DNA of 64,000 nucleotides from Spirochaetia bacterium (GTDB taxonomy: Bacteria > Spirochaetota > Spirochaetia > SZUA-6 > Bin103), in NCBI GenBank assembly GCA_965203055.1, contig OZ241863.1, positions 2,848,001 to 2,912,000 on the forward strand. Direction: 5' to 3'. The position numbers and the translations under genes were made by a program. This document shows, piece after piece, positions 1 through 9,373 of this stretch. Under the pieces are notes generated by a model that worked only from the letters and a program-made list of their open reading frames with translations, ran no database searches and was not told the origin of the DNA. Position 1 is the stretch's first letter. Each line of letters begins with the position of its first letter.

Positions 1-781
1 ACACCGGTCGCGGCACCGCGGAGTAGTTCGGCGGCGAGCCGTGGATCGTCTTGACGTGGAAGAAGATCGCGTCGCCGGCCTCGCCCTCGATTGGCAGCGC
101 CCGGTCGAAGGTCCACTGCGCGGGATCCAGCCCCAGGTGGCTCTCGGTGTCGACGTGCTCCAGGATATCCAGCCGGTGGGAGCCGGGGACGACGTGCAGC
201 GCGCCATGCTCCACGGTGGTCGGTATGGTATAGCAGAGCACCCCTACCGGCCCCTCGTACTTGTGCTCGAAGTAGGAGGCGTCCTGGTGCAGCAGCTTGG
301 GGTGCCCGCCGGCCGGCTCCTTGCACAGCGTCTGGCCCTCGCCGAACAGTTCCACTTCGCCGCCCAGAATCGCCTGCACCACGGCCAGCAGCGCGGGATC
401 GAACGCCGAGCGCAGGAAGGCGCTGCTGGTGGTATACTTGCAGCTCGTCACCATCACCTGCCAGGCGCGCGCGAACCCCTCCGGCGCCGGAATCAGCAGC
501 GTACCGTCGGGCGTGCTCAAGCCGACCGCGGACTCCGTGTACCGGCCCGCCTCGTAGAGGCGGATCGCCTGCTCCATGGTCCGCACGACGTCGCCGCCGA
601 TCGCCGCGGCGTACGCGCGCATCAGACCGCGCACCACCAAGCAGCCATGCTCGGCATAGATCGCCGCGGCCCGGGCCGTGTCCAGCTCCGCCACCTGCAA
701 CTCGACGTCGGCCAACGAAACGGGCGCGGCGCGGGCCGCCGCCTCCGCCCCGATGGTTCTGTCCAGGCCCTTTTCCAACAC
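1..781 (-). CDS. Phytanoyl-CoA dioxygenase (PhyH) family Fe/2OG dioxygenase, runs off the left edge
   Basis: Not in the ORF track; read by hand on the minus strand: ...YAEHGCLVVRGL...KEPAGGHPKLLHQDASYF...GALHVVPGSH...GEAGDAIFFHVKTIHGSPPN. Has the HxD and distal H triad. Start GTG 781 or TTG 778. Confidence 0.85.
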   Translation of the reverse strand, partial: MLEKGLDRTIGAEAAARAAPVSLADVELQVAELDTARAAAIYAEHGCLVVRGLMRAYAAAIGGDVVRTMEQAIRLYEAGRYTESAVGLSTPDGTLLIPAPEGFARAWQVMVTSCKYTTSSAFLRSAFDPALLAVVQAILGGEVELFGEGQTLCKEPAGGHPKLLHQDASYFEHKYEGPVGVLCYTIPTTVEHGALHVVPGSHRLDILEHVDTESHLGLDPAQWTFDRALPIEGEAGDAIFFHVKTIHGSPPNYSAVPRPV

Positions 782-885
782 CGGCCAGCATAGCACGCCG
801 CGCCGCGGCGCGACAGACCCCCGCGCGGCACCGCACGGCACCGCGGGCACCAGCCGTTGTTTGTCGAGTAGCGCTCGGCCGGCAC

Positions 886-914
886 TTGACCGAATGATTA
901 ATCTACCTTAATCT
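886..914 (+). promoter_or_regulatory. Sigma70-like promoter with an overlapping Fur-box-like AT-rich operator
   Basis: TTGACC (886-891), 17 nt, TAATCT (909-914). The spacer GAATGATTAATCTAC resembles the Fur box; it lies upstream of the Fe3+ binding protein gene. Confidence 0.6.
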
Positions 915-954
915 TATGCCGTTACGATTAACTTCCTTAATGGAGGTATCTCAC

Positions 955-1992
955 ATGAGAGATAGCATCGTGAGGTCGCTACTGGTTGCGGCCGCATTGC
1001 TGGCGCCGGCCGGCGCCGTGTTCGCCGCAGCCGAGAGCGAGGGCGAGGTCAACGTCTACTCGCATCGTCACTACGACGTCGATCTGGAACTCTACCGGAG
1101 CTTCGAAGAGCAGACCGGGATCAAGGTGAACCTGGTCGAGGGCGGCTCCGACGAGTTGATCGAGCGGCTGGTGCGCGAGGGGGCGGAGTCTCCGGCCGAC
1201 ATTCTCATGACCGTGGACGCCGGGCGGTTGCACCGCGCCAGGCAGGCCGGCCTGCTGCAGCCGGTCTCCTCACCCGTCCTGCATGATCGGGTCCCGGAGC
1301 ATCTGCGCGATCCGGACGGCTACTGGTTCGCCCTCACCCGCCGGGCGCGGGTGATCGTCTATCACCCGGACCGCGTGGAACCGAGTGAGCTGAGCACCTA
1401 CGAGGCGCTGACCGATCCCAAGTGGCGCGGCCGCATCCTGATCCGCTCATCTTCCAACATCTACAACCAGTCGCTGCTGGCCTCCATGATCGCCCACCAC
1501 GGGGAGACCGGGGCGCGCGACTGGGCGGCGGGGATGGTGCGCAACATGGCGCGCACGCCGAAGGGCAATGACCGCGGCCAGATGTCGGCGGTGGCCGCCG
1601 GTGAAGGCGATCTCGCCGTCGTCAACACCTACTACGTCGGCCGCATGCTGAACTCTTCCAATCCCGAAGAGCGGGCGGTGGGGGAGCAGATGCGCGTGTT
1701 CTTTCCCAACCAGGAGGGCCGCGGTGCCCACGTCAACGTCAGCGGCGCCGGGGTCACCGCCAGTGCCGGGAATCCGGCCGGCGCGCTGAGTCTGTTGGAG
1801 TTCCTGGTCAGCGAGACGGCGCAACGGGTGTGGGCGCACGCCAACTACGAATATCCCGTGAACCGCAACGTGCGGCCCGCGCCGCTGCTGGAGTCATGGG
1901 GCGAGCTCAAGGCCGACACCCTCGGCCTGCACCTGCTCGGCGAGTACAACTCCGCCGCGGTAAGGATCTTCGACCGGGCAGGCTGGCGCTAA
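955..1992 (+). CDS. Fe(3+) ABC transporter substrate-binding protein (FutA/FbpA family)
   Basis: Signal peptide, VNVYSHRHY, SPADIL.TVDAG, YNQSLLAS, VNTYY twin tyrosines, GAHVNVSG. RBS GGAGG precedes ATG 955. Confidence 0.92.
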   Translation: MRDSIVRSLLVAAALLAPAGAVFAAAESEGEVNVYSHRHYDVDLELYRSFEEQTGIKVNLVEGGSDELIERLVREGAESPADILMTVDAGRLHRARQAGLLQPVSSPVLHDRVPEHLRDPDGYWFALTRRARVIVYHPDRVEPSELSTYEALTDPKWRGRILIRSSSNIYNQSLLASMIAHHGETGARDWAAGMVRNMARTPKGNDRGQMSAVAAGEGDLAVVNTYYVGRMLNSSNPEERAVGEQMRVFFPNQEGRGAHVNVSGAGVTASAGNPAGALSLLEFLVSETAQRVWAHANYEYPVNRNVRPAPLLESWGELKADTLGLHLLGEYNSAAVRIFDRAGWR

Positions 1993-2100
1993 GCTAAGCG
2001 TTTGGCTGAACGGCGCGCCGGTACCGGCCGGCGCGCCGTTCGGTGGGATGGGAGCGCCTTCCTTGACCGCCGGCGCGCGCCGGGCTACGCTGCGGGCCAC

Positions 2101-3141
2101 GTGCTCTTCCTCCTTGGCGAGGTTCTGCAACCGGTATACGGCCCGTTTCGCCTGCTCACCTCCCATATCTTCCTGGCCGGCGCCGCCATCGTGCTGTCCG
2201 GCCTGCTGACCTGGGTGCTGCTTCCTCCGCTGGCGCCGCGCCTGCCGCGCGATCAGGGCCGCGCCTACGCCGTGGACACCGCGGCGGCCGTGGGCAAGCC
2301 GACCAGCGCCGGCCTCGTGTTCGTGCTGGTGTACCTCGGCGTCGCGCTGATCGTCGTGCCCTGGGACCTGGGCCATCTCGTCGCCCTCGGCGTGGTGCTC
2401 CTGGCCATGGGGGGCGGCTTCCTCGACGACCGCGCCGAGCTGTCCGAATACTGGCTGGCGGCCATCGACTTCGGCCTGGCGCTGCTGACGGCGCTGGCCA
2501 TGTGCGGCAGCGGAACCGAGATCTGGCTGCCGTTCGTCACCGAACCGCTGCTGCTCCCGCGCTGGATCTGCGTGGCCGGGGCCACGGCGCTGCTCTGGGT
2601 GGCGATCAACGCCACCAATTGCACCGACGGCGTGGATGGTCTGTCCGGCAGCCTGGCGGTAGTGGCCCTCACCACCCTCGGCGGCTTGCTCTACTTCGTG
2701 TTGGGGCACGACGAAATCTCCGCCTACCTGCTGCTGCCCCACTATCCCGACGGCGCGACCTGGGCGATCAGCGCCTTTGCCATGATCGGCTGCCTGGCCG
2801 GCTACCTGTGGTACAACGCCCACCCCAGCGAGATGCTGATGGGAGATGCCGGGTCGCGCGCCGTCGGGCTGCTGCTCGGCATCCTGGTGATCAAGAGCGG
2901 CAACCCGTTCATGCTGTTGATCGTCTCCGGCGTGTTGCTGGTGAACGGCGGCACCGGACTGCTGAAGGTAGCCCTGCTGCGCTTCTTCAACATCAACATC
3001 CTGCACAATGTCCGCTTTCCGCTGCACGACCACCTGCGCCACCGCGCCGGCTGGTCCAACACCCAGGTGCTGGTGCGGTTCATCCTGCTGCAGGTAACCA
3101 TCACCATGGTGTTCATCGTCGCCCTCATCAAGATCCGCTGA
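2101..3141 (+). CDS. mraY: Phospho-N-acetylmuramoyl-pentapeptide transferase (MraY family)
   Basis: Multi-TM; GKPTSAG, GFLDD, NATNCTDGVDGL, MGDAGS, PLHDH. Start GTG 2101 is uncertain. Confidence 0.85.
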   Translation: MLFLLGEVLQPVYGPFRLLTSHIFLAGAAIVLSGLLTWVLLPPLAPRLPRDQGRAYAVDTAAAVGKPTSAGLVFVLVYLGVALIVVPWDLGHLVALGVVLLAMGGGFLDDRAELSEYWLAAIDFGLALLTALAMCGSGTEIWLPFVTEPLLLPRWICVAGATALLWVAINATNCTDGVDGLSGSLAVVALTTLGGLLYFVLGHDEISAYLLLPHYPDGATWAISAFAMIGCLAGYLWYNAHPSEMLMGDAGSRAVGLLLGILVIKSGNPFMLLIVSGVLLVNGGTGLLKVALLRFFNINILHNVRFPLHDHLRHRAGWSNTQVLVRFILLQVTITMVFIVALIKIR

Positions 3142-3158
3142 CGGCGCGGCCATGCGGT

Positions 3159-4028
3159 TCAGCGCCGGTCGGGATCGGCGTCGAGCGGCTGGCCGCAGTG
3201 CGGGCAGACCGCGCGGTCGCGCGGCGCCGACTGCTGCTGCGACGACTGCGGGCGCGCCGCCGGCGGTTTGGCGCGGGCCACCGCCTCGGCGAAGCCGGAG
3301 CTGATGATCGCGGTGGGCAGGGCTACCAGACCGATGCCCAACACCGCGATGATGCCGCTGAGCAGGCGCCCGAGGCCGGTTACCGGGTATACGTCGCCGT
3401 AGCCGATGGTGGTGAGGGTCGCCACCGCCCACCACAGCGAGGCGACGATGTTGGGGAACGCCTCAGGCTGCACCTGCGACTCCAGGTAGTACATCAGCGT
3501 GGACGCCAACATCAGCAGCAGCGCGGTCAGGAACACGGCCACCAGCAGCTCGTGGCGGCGCTCGCGCACCACCGCGCCCAGGGTCATGACCGAACGGGTA
3601 TAGCGGGTCAGCTTGAGCAACCGCAGAAAGCGCACCAGCCGCAGGATGCGCACCGCCCGCAGGTCCACCGGGATCAGGAACGGCAGATAGAACGGGAGGA
3701 TCGCGAGCAGGTCGATGATCCCGATGGGCGACGCCAGGAACCTGGCGGCGGCGCCGAGCCGCGAGCTGCGCGGGCGCAGGAAGTCGCAGGTCCACAGGCG
3801 CAGCGCGAACTCCACGGTGAACAGCGCCACCGACACCACCTCGAGCAGGTTGAACCAGGCGGCGTAGCGGGCGTGGAGACCGGCGAACGACTCCAGCACC
3901 ACCGCCGCCATGTTGGCCAGAATCAGCCCGATCAGGATGCTGTCGACCGCGCCCGAGAGCCGGTCGTCGTCGGCGCCCTTCTCCAATACTTCGTAGGTGC
4001 GCCGGCGCAGGGCGCGGTAACCGGACAT
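3159..4028 (-). CDS. Voltage-gated-type potassium channel / ion transporter
   Basis: S4-like RILRLVRFLRLLKL, selectivity filter TTIGYGD, C-terminal CPHCG. Confidence 0.92.
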   Translation of the reverse strand: MSGYRALRRRTYEVLEKGADDDRLSGAVDSILIGLILANMAAVVLESFAGLHARYAAWFNLLEVVSVALFTVEFALRLWTCDFLRPRSSRLGAAARFLASPIGIIDLLAILPFYLPFLIPVDLRAVRILRLVRFLRLLKLTRYTRSVMTLGAVVRERRHELLVAVFLTALLLMLASTLMYYLESQVQPEAFPNIVASLWWAVATLTTIGYGDVYPVTGLGRLLSGIIAVLGIGLVALPTAIISSGFAEAVARAKPPAARPQSSQQQSAPRDRAVCPHCGQPLDADPDRR

Positions 4029-4078
4029 GGTGCCTCATTCTGTACCGCCGCCCGCCCGCCGGTACATACGGGTTGGCG

Positions 4079-4107
4079 TTGGCTTTGACGGGACCAATCC
4101 ATATACT
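4079..4107 (+). promoter_or_regulatory. Sigma70-like promoter of the DUF350 operon
   Basis: TTGGCT, 17 nt, TATACT; RBS AAGGAG before TTG 4128. Confidence 0.5.
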
Positions 4108-4127
4108 GGTACCTCAAGGAGCACCGA

Positions 4128-5045
4128 TTGGACGTCCTGACTACCACCCTCGAATTCGTCGTCGAGAAGCTGCCCTACTTCGCCGCCGGCCTGGCGCTGG
4201 TGTTCCTCGGCAAGCTGTTCTACAACCTGACTACCCGCTACGACATCGACCGCCATCTGACCGCCGAGCGCAACAACGCCGTCGGCGTCAGCTTTACCTG
4301 CTACCTGGTGGGGCTCGCGTTCGCCGTTTCCACCACCCTGCGGGGAACCACCGGCGACCTGCTCGGCGAGTTGGCGGGAATCGTGATCACCGGGGCGCTG
4401 TCGATCATCCTGCTGCGGCTGAGCATGATCATCAACGACCGCTTCGTGCTGTTCACCTTCAAGGTGGGAACGGAGATCGCCGACGAGCAGAACGTCGGCA
4501 CCGGCTACGTGGTGGGCGGCATGAGCATTGCCACCGGGCTGATGCTGTCCGGCGTCATGGACGGCACCAGCAGCGGCCTGCTGCTCCTGGTGCGCGACGT
4601 GGTGATCTACTGGGCTGCCGGACAGGTGATCCTGATCATCGACGGGCTGGTGTTCCAAGCCATCACCCGCTACGACGTGCATCGCAGCATCGAGGATGAC
4701 GCCAATCCCGCGGTGGGCATCAGCTTCGGCGCCTTCCTGGCCGCCCAGGGCCTGATCACGCGCACCGCCCTCACCGGCGCCGGCAGCGACATGGGACGTG
4801 AGCTGGTCATCACCGCGATCATCGCCGGCAGCGGCCTGATCCTCCTGTTGCTCGGACGAGTCATCGCCGACAAGGTGTTCCTTCCCCACGGGGTGCTGTC
4901 GCAGGAGGTGGCGGAGCACAAGAACACCGCGGCCGCGGCCGTGGCCGCGGCCGCGTTCCTGGTGATCGCCATTCTGTTCAACGCCGCCGCCAATCCCGGT
5001 ACCGTCGCCACCGCGGGCGCGGTGACCGCAGGAGCGACGCCGTGA
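4128..5045 (+). CDS. DUF350 membrane protein (tandem DUF350 domains)
   Basis: Repeated TRYDI...NxAVG / TRYDV...NPAVG / NTAAA motifs between TM helices. Confidence 0.8.
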   Translation: MDVLTTTLEFVVEKLPYFAAGLALVFLGKLFYNLTTRYDIDRHLTAERNNAVGVSFTCYLVGLAFAVSTTLRGTTGDLLGELAGIVITGALSIILLRLSMIINDRFVLFTFKVGTEIADEQNVGTGYVVGGMSIATGLMLSGVMDGTSSGLLLLVRDVVIYWAAGQVILIIDGLVFQAITRYDVHRSIEDDANPAVGISFGAFLAAQGLITRTALTGAGSDMGRELVITAIIAGSGLILLLLGRVIADKVFLPHGVLSQEVAEHKNTAAAAVAAAAFLVIAILFNAAANPGTVATAGAVTAGATP

Positions 5046-5791
5046 CCGCGGCGCGGCATCCCCGGCTGCTTGCCTCCGCCAACCGCCGCCGGCAAGCACC
5101 GCCCGCGGCGCGGACGCGGCGCCGCCTCCTGCTCGCCGCGGCCGTGATCCTGTCCCTGCTGCTAGTGGCCGGCGATGCCTTCGCGCGGCGCGGCGGCGGC
5201 TTCGGCGGCGGGCGCGCCTTCAGCAGCCGCGGGTTCTCCTCCTCGCGCAGCGTCTCCCGCGGCTCGGTCTGGGGGGCCAACCGCGCCCGCACCGCCACCA
5301 CCACGCGCCAGTCGCTGTCCGGCACCCGCGGCGCGACCGCGCGCAGCAACACGCGCGGCGTCAGCAACGCCCAGTACCAGCGCGCGCGCACCAACGGCAC
5401 CACCTTTCAGACCCGGCAGCAGGCCGAGCAGGCGTTCGTCAGCCGCAATTCCAGTCAATATCCCTCGCGCTACTCCACGCAACCGAGCAGTCGGCCCGCG
5501 CACATCCCGCAGAGCACGCGCGTCGACGGGCGCAACGTCAACGTGACCTACAACGCCGGGCTCGGCGGTTACGGCTACCTGCACCCCACGCTCGGCACCT
5601 GGGTGCTGTACAGCGCCATGGCCGACGCGGCCATGCTGGGCCTGCTCATGTCCAACCGCGGCTACTACTACGGCCCGGCGCCCGGCGCCTACTACGGCGG
5701 CCGCCCCTCCGGCTTCTGGACCGGCCTGATGGTGATCGCGATCATTCTCGCGGTGTTCTTCGTGATGCGCGCCGGGTCGCGCCGCCACTAG
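5042..5791 (+). CDS. Exported Gly/Ser/Arg-rich protein with C-terminal TM anchor
   Basis: Signal peptide ending AFA, low-complexity RGGGFGGGR..SSSRS, C-terminal hydrophobic helix; overlaps the DUF350 stop (GTGA). Confidence 0.7.
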   Translation: MTAARHPRLLASANRRRQAPPAARTRRRLLLAAAVILSLLLVAGDAFARRGGGFGGGRAFSSRGFSSSRSVSRGSVWGANRARTATTTRQSLSGTRGATARSNTRGVSNAQYQRARTNGTTFQTRQQAEQAFVSRNSSQYPSRYSTQPSSRPAHIPQSTRVDGRNVNVTYNAGLGGYGYLHPTLGTWVLYSAMADAAMLGLLMSNRGYYYGPAPGAYYGGRPSGFWTGLMVIAIILAVFFVMRAGSRRH

Positions 5792-5808
5792 CCGGCAACC
5801 GAACCGCC

Positions 5809-6534
5809 ATGCTGTGGAGGCGCCGCCGGAAGGAGCGGCCCGCGCCGCTGCATACCCCTGACGAGCCGGAGTTCTGGCGCCGGCTCCCGGCCGGCAGCTC
5901 GGTGGCGCTGCGCGACTTCCAGGCGCTGGAAGAGGCCGACCTCAGCGGCGGCAGCGGCGCGGGCGGCCTGAACTACGAGGTGACCGGGCGCCGCCACTAC
6001 ACCTTCCGCGCCGGAGACGCGGTGGTGGCCGAGTATCTGCTGTTCGACATCGCCGACGCCGAAAAGGTGTACGTGCTGGCGGCGGTGCTCACCGGCCCCC
6101 ACCTGGAACTGCGGGTATACTACCAGCCCGACGGCTTCCAGCCCGGCACCCGGGCGGCGCTGCTCGATCAGGGCTTCGCCTGGCTGTTTCTGGAGCCGCC
6201 CAACCCCGACTCCTTCGTCCCGTACGACTTGGAGTTCGCCCCCCACCCCGACGTACCGCCGATCCGCGACGGCGACGAGGAGAAGCTGCTGCAGTTCAGC
6301 GCCGCCAATCACGGCCCCCTGTACGGCGACTACTACGACGAACGCGCGCGCCGCCAGGTGCCGGCGCTGGTGATGGAGTACCGCACCGACCAGCCGGCCA
6401 GCAATCCGCTGCTGCTGGTGCTCGAAGAGGGCGGGCTGGACGCAGCCGGCGAGCCGGTGCCGGCCGGCGGCTTCGTCACCCTGCTGCTCGGTAGCGCCAT
6501 CGACCTGTCCCAGATGGAAGTCTTCGCCCGCTGA
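5809..6534 (+). CDS. Hypothetical protein (possibly DUF4178/YjfK-like)
   Basis: 241-aa ORF in the operon; beta-rich; ends ...GGFVTLLLGSAIDLSQMEVF, reminiscent of the DUF4178/DUF2491 C-terminus. Confidence 0.55.
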   Translation: MLWRRRRKERPAPLHTPDEPEFWRRLPAGSSVALRDFQALEEADLSGGSGAGGLNYEVTGRRHYTFRAGDAVVAEYLLFDIADAEKVYVLAAVLTGPHLELRVYYQPDGFQPGTRAALLDQGFAWLFLEPPNPDSFVPYDLEFAPHPDVPPIRDGDEEKLLQFSAANHGPLYGDYYDERARRQVPALVMEYRTDQPASNPLLLVLEEGGLDAAGEPVPAGGFVTLLLGSAIDLSQMEVFAR

Positions 6535-6539
6535 GAGCC

Positions 6540-8315
6540 GTGTCCTATCCGCCGATTCCTTACGGGCGAGCCAATTTCCGCAGCATTCGCCTCGACGGCT
6601 GCCTCTACGTGGACAAGACCCGCTTCATCCGCGACCTGGAGCAGGAGCGCTACGTGTTCCTCATCCGGCCGCGGCGGTTCGGCAAGACGCTGTGGCTGAC
6701 GATGTTGAGCGCCTACTACGACCGCTCCCAGGCCAAGGACTTCCGGGCGGTCTTCGCCGGCACCGACATCGGCCGGCAGCCGACCGCCGACCGAAGCCGC
6801 TACGTGGTGCTGTACTTCGACTTCTCGGCGTTCAAGCAGACCCTGCCGACGTTGGAGGAGCAATTCGAACGGCACTGCCTGCTCCACGTCCGCGACGCGC
6901 TGCGGCGCAACCGCGACCTGTTCGACCATGACGCGGCGCGCGCCATCCTCGCCTCGCCGTCGATCAACGAAGCGCTCGAGGCGCTGTTCCTGTACGCGCG
7001 CGATCACGACTTCCCGCTCTACGTCCTGATCGACGAGTACGACAACTTCGCCAATACCATCCTCGCCCATCAGGGCACCGAGGCGTACCACGCGTTCACC
7101 CACGGCGGCGGCTTCTTCCGCAATTTCTTCGCCACGCTGAAGGCCGGCACCGCGGAGACCGGCTGCGTCGAGCGGCTGTTCGTGACCGGCGTCTCGCCGA
7201 TCACCATGGACGACGTCACCAGCGGCTTCAACATCGGCGCGAACCTGAGCCTGCGGCGCGAGTGCAACGAACTGCTCGGCTTCACCGAGAACGAGGTGCG
7301 GGACATCCTGACGATGTACCGCGACCGGAAGGCGCTCGATCAAGACGCGGAAGCCGCGCTGGCCGTGATGCGCGAGTGGTACGCCGGCTACCGCTTCGCC
7401 GAAGGAGCGGCCGGCGACATCTACCACCCCGACCTGGTGCTCCACTACCTGCGCGAGTCGGTTCCGAACCGGGGCGCCCCGCGCGACCTGATCGACGACA
7501 ACATCCGCATCGACTACGGCAAGCTGCGCCACCTGCTGCTGGTCAACCGCCAGGCGAGCGGGCGGCAGTACGCCGCCGCGGGCGAAGCCGAGCTGAACGG
7601 CAACTTCGACCTGCTCCGCCAAGTGATCGCCGAGGAACGGGTGGACACCCCGATCCGCAGCAGCTTCCCGCTGCAGCGGCTGAGCGAGCGCGAGAACTAC
7701 CTGTCGCTGTTGCACTGCTTCGGCCTGCTCAGCATCCGCGGCACGGTCGAGGGCACGCCGCGCCTCGGCATCCCCAATCAGACCGTCAAGCGCCTGCTGT
7801 ACGGCCACCTGCGCGCCGCGTTCGAGGACCTCGCGTTCACCGCCGACTTCCACGTCCTGGAACGGCGCATCCACGAGATGGCCTACCGCGGCGCGTGGCG
7901 CCCGGTGTTCGACTACCTGGCCGGCGCCGTCGCCCGGCAGACCGGCATCCGCGACTACCTGGCCGGGGAGAAGGTGCTGCACGGCTTCCTGGCGGCCTAC
8001 CTCGGCGCCACCGAGCACTTCCTGTTCCGCTCGGAGCGGGAGCTGAACCGCGGCTACGCGGACATCTGTCTGGAGCCGAACCTGGCCGGATACGCGGACA
8101 TGCGGCACGGCTACGTGATCGAGCTCAAGTACCTCAAGCCCGGCGCGGGAGAGGAGCGGGCGGCCGCCGCGGCGGCGGAGGCGGCGGCCCAATTGCGCCG
8201 CTACCTGGCCGACCGAGAGCTCCGCCGGCAGTACCCCGCGGTTCGGTTCACCGGCCTGGCGCTGGTGTTCCGGGGCGCGGAGTTGGTTCGATCCGACGCC
8301 GTCGCAGCGCCGTGA
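6540..8315 (+). CDS. AAA-ATPase-like protein with C-terminal PD-(D/E)XK nuclease domain
   Basis: IPYG..F, YVDKT, RPRRFGKT, LIDEYD, GYADI...IELKY. Confidence 0.9.
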   Translation: MSYPPIPYGRANFRSIRLDGCLYVDKTRFIRDLEQERYVFLIRPRRFGKTLWLTMLSAYYDRSQAKDFRAVFAGTDIGRQPTADRSRYVVLYFDFSAFKQTLPTLEEQFERHCLLHVRDALRRNRDLFDHDAARAILASPSINEALEALFLYARDHDFPLYVLIDEYDNFANTILAHQGTEAYHAFTHGGGFFRNFFATLKAGTAETGCVERLFVTGVSPITMDDVTSGFNIGANLSLRRECNELLGFTENEVRDILTMYRDRKALDQDAEAALAVMREWYAGYRFAEGAAGDIYHPDLVLHYLRESVPNRGAPRDLIDDNIRIDYGKLRHLLLVNRQASGRQYAAAGEAELNGNFDLLRQVIAEERVDTPIRSSFPLQRLSERENYLSLLHCFGLLSIRGTVEGTPRLGIPNQTVKRLLYGHLRAAFEDLAFTADFHVLERRIHEMAYRGAWRPVFDYLAGAVARQTGIRDYLAGEKVLHGFLAAYLGATEHFLFRSERELNRGYADICLEPNLAGYADMRHGYVIELKYLKPGAGEERAAAAAAEAAAQLRRYLADRELRRQYPAVRFTGLALVFRGAELVRSDAVAAP

Positions 8316-8393
8316 ACGGCCACCTGCCGGCCGACCGGCCCGTTGACAGGAGCGCGCGGGGCTGGTAGTCGTTGCGGCGTGTCCAACTCGGAG

Positions 8394-9224
8394 ATGTTCG
8401 CCAAACAGGGGTACCTGGTGGTGCGCGGGGCCATTCCTCAGGCCCGCATCGACGCCGTGATCGAGGTGGCGGCGGGGCTCGTCGACCACGACGCGCGCCG
8501 GCTGCTGGAGCGCGGTCTGATCGAGGATGCATGCGCCGGCGAGCCGTTCGCGCGCCGCTGGTACCGCGTCTGGCGTCAACACGGCGGCCAGCAGGAGTTC
8601 AAGGTCGGCTGGCACGGCCGCGTGTTCAGCCGGGCGCTGTACGAGCTGTGGATCGAACCGGCGATCCTGGACGTGGTGGAGGCGCTGATCGGCCCCGAGA
8701 TTCAGTTCAACGGCGACTTCTGGGTGCGGCCCAAGCTGCCCGCCGAGCAGGAGACTACGCTGCCGTGGCACCAGGACAGCGGCTACATGCCCGACACCGC
8801 GCAGCACCGGCTGCTCACCGTGTGGCTGCCGCTGGTCCCCGTCGACGCCGACAACGGAACCCTGCAGTTCATCCCCGGCAGCCACGCGCAGGGAATTCAG
8901 GACCACGGGACCCAATCGGGCCAGTTCCGCACCACGGCGTTCGATCCCGCGGCCGGCGCCGCGGTCGATACCCTCGCCATGCAGCCGGGCGACTTCGTCA
9001 TCTTTCACAACCTCGTGTTCCACCGCTCCACCCTGAACCACGCCGACACGGTGCGCTGGTCGGTGGACTTCCGCTACAGCCCCGCCGGCACCTCGATGGC
9101 CCATCTGTGGCATGCCGGTATGGCGTTCCCGGCGCGCAGCCGGCGCAATCCGGCCGCGGCCGCCGACTGGCCGCAGGTGCAGGCCGCCTGGGCGCGCAGC
9201 GAACAGCGCACCAGGTTCTTTTGA
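8394..9224 (+). CDS. Phytanoyl-CoA dioxygenase (PhyH) family protein
   Basis: PWHQDSGY, NGTLQFIPGSH, PGDFVIFHNLVFHRS..N...RWSVDFRY. Confidence 0.9.
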   Translation: MFAKQGYLVVRGAIPQARIDAVIEVAAGLVDHDARRLLERGLIEDACAGEPFARRWYRVWRQHGGQQEFKVGWHGRVFSRALYELWIEPAILDVVEALIGPEIQFNGDFWVRPKLPAEQETTLPWHQDSGYMPDTAQHRLLTVWLPLVPVDADNGTLQFIPGSHAQGIQDHGTQSGQFRTTAFDPAAGAAVDTLAMQPGDFVIFHNLVFHRSTLNHADTVRWSVDFRYSPAGTSMAHLWHAGMAFPARSRRNPAAAADWPQVQAAWARSEQRTRFF

Positions 9225-9373
9225 GACCCACCGGCCCCCGCCCGCCGGGCGGCGCGCGCCGGGCGGCGCGCGGTTTCTGGACTTCGCCGGCGCGCAACGG
9301 TTACACTGGCGCGGACATGGGCCACGGGCTCGTTGGCTCGCCCGGCCCGCCAGATACAAGGAGAGGAACCGAA

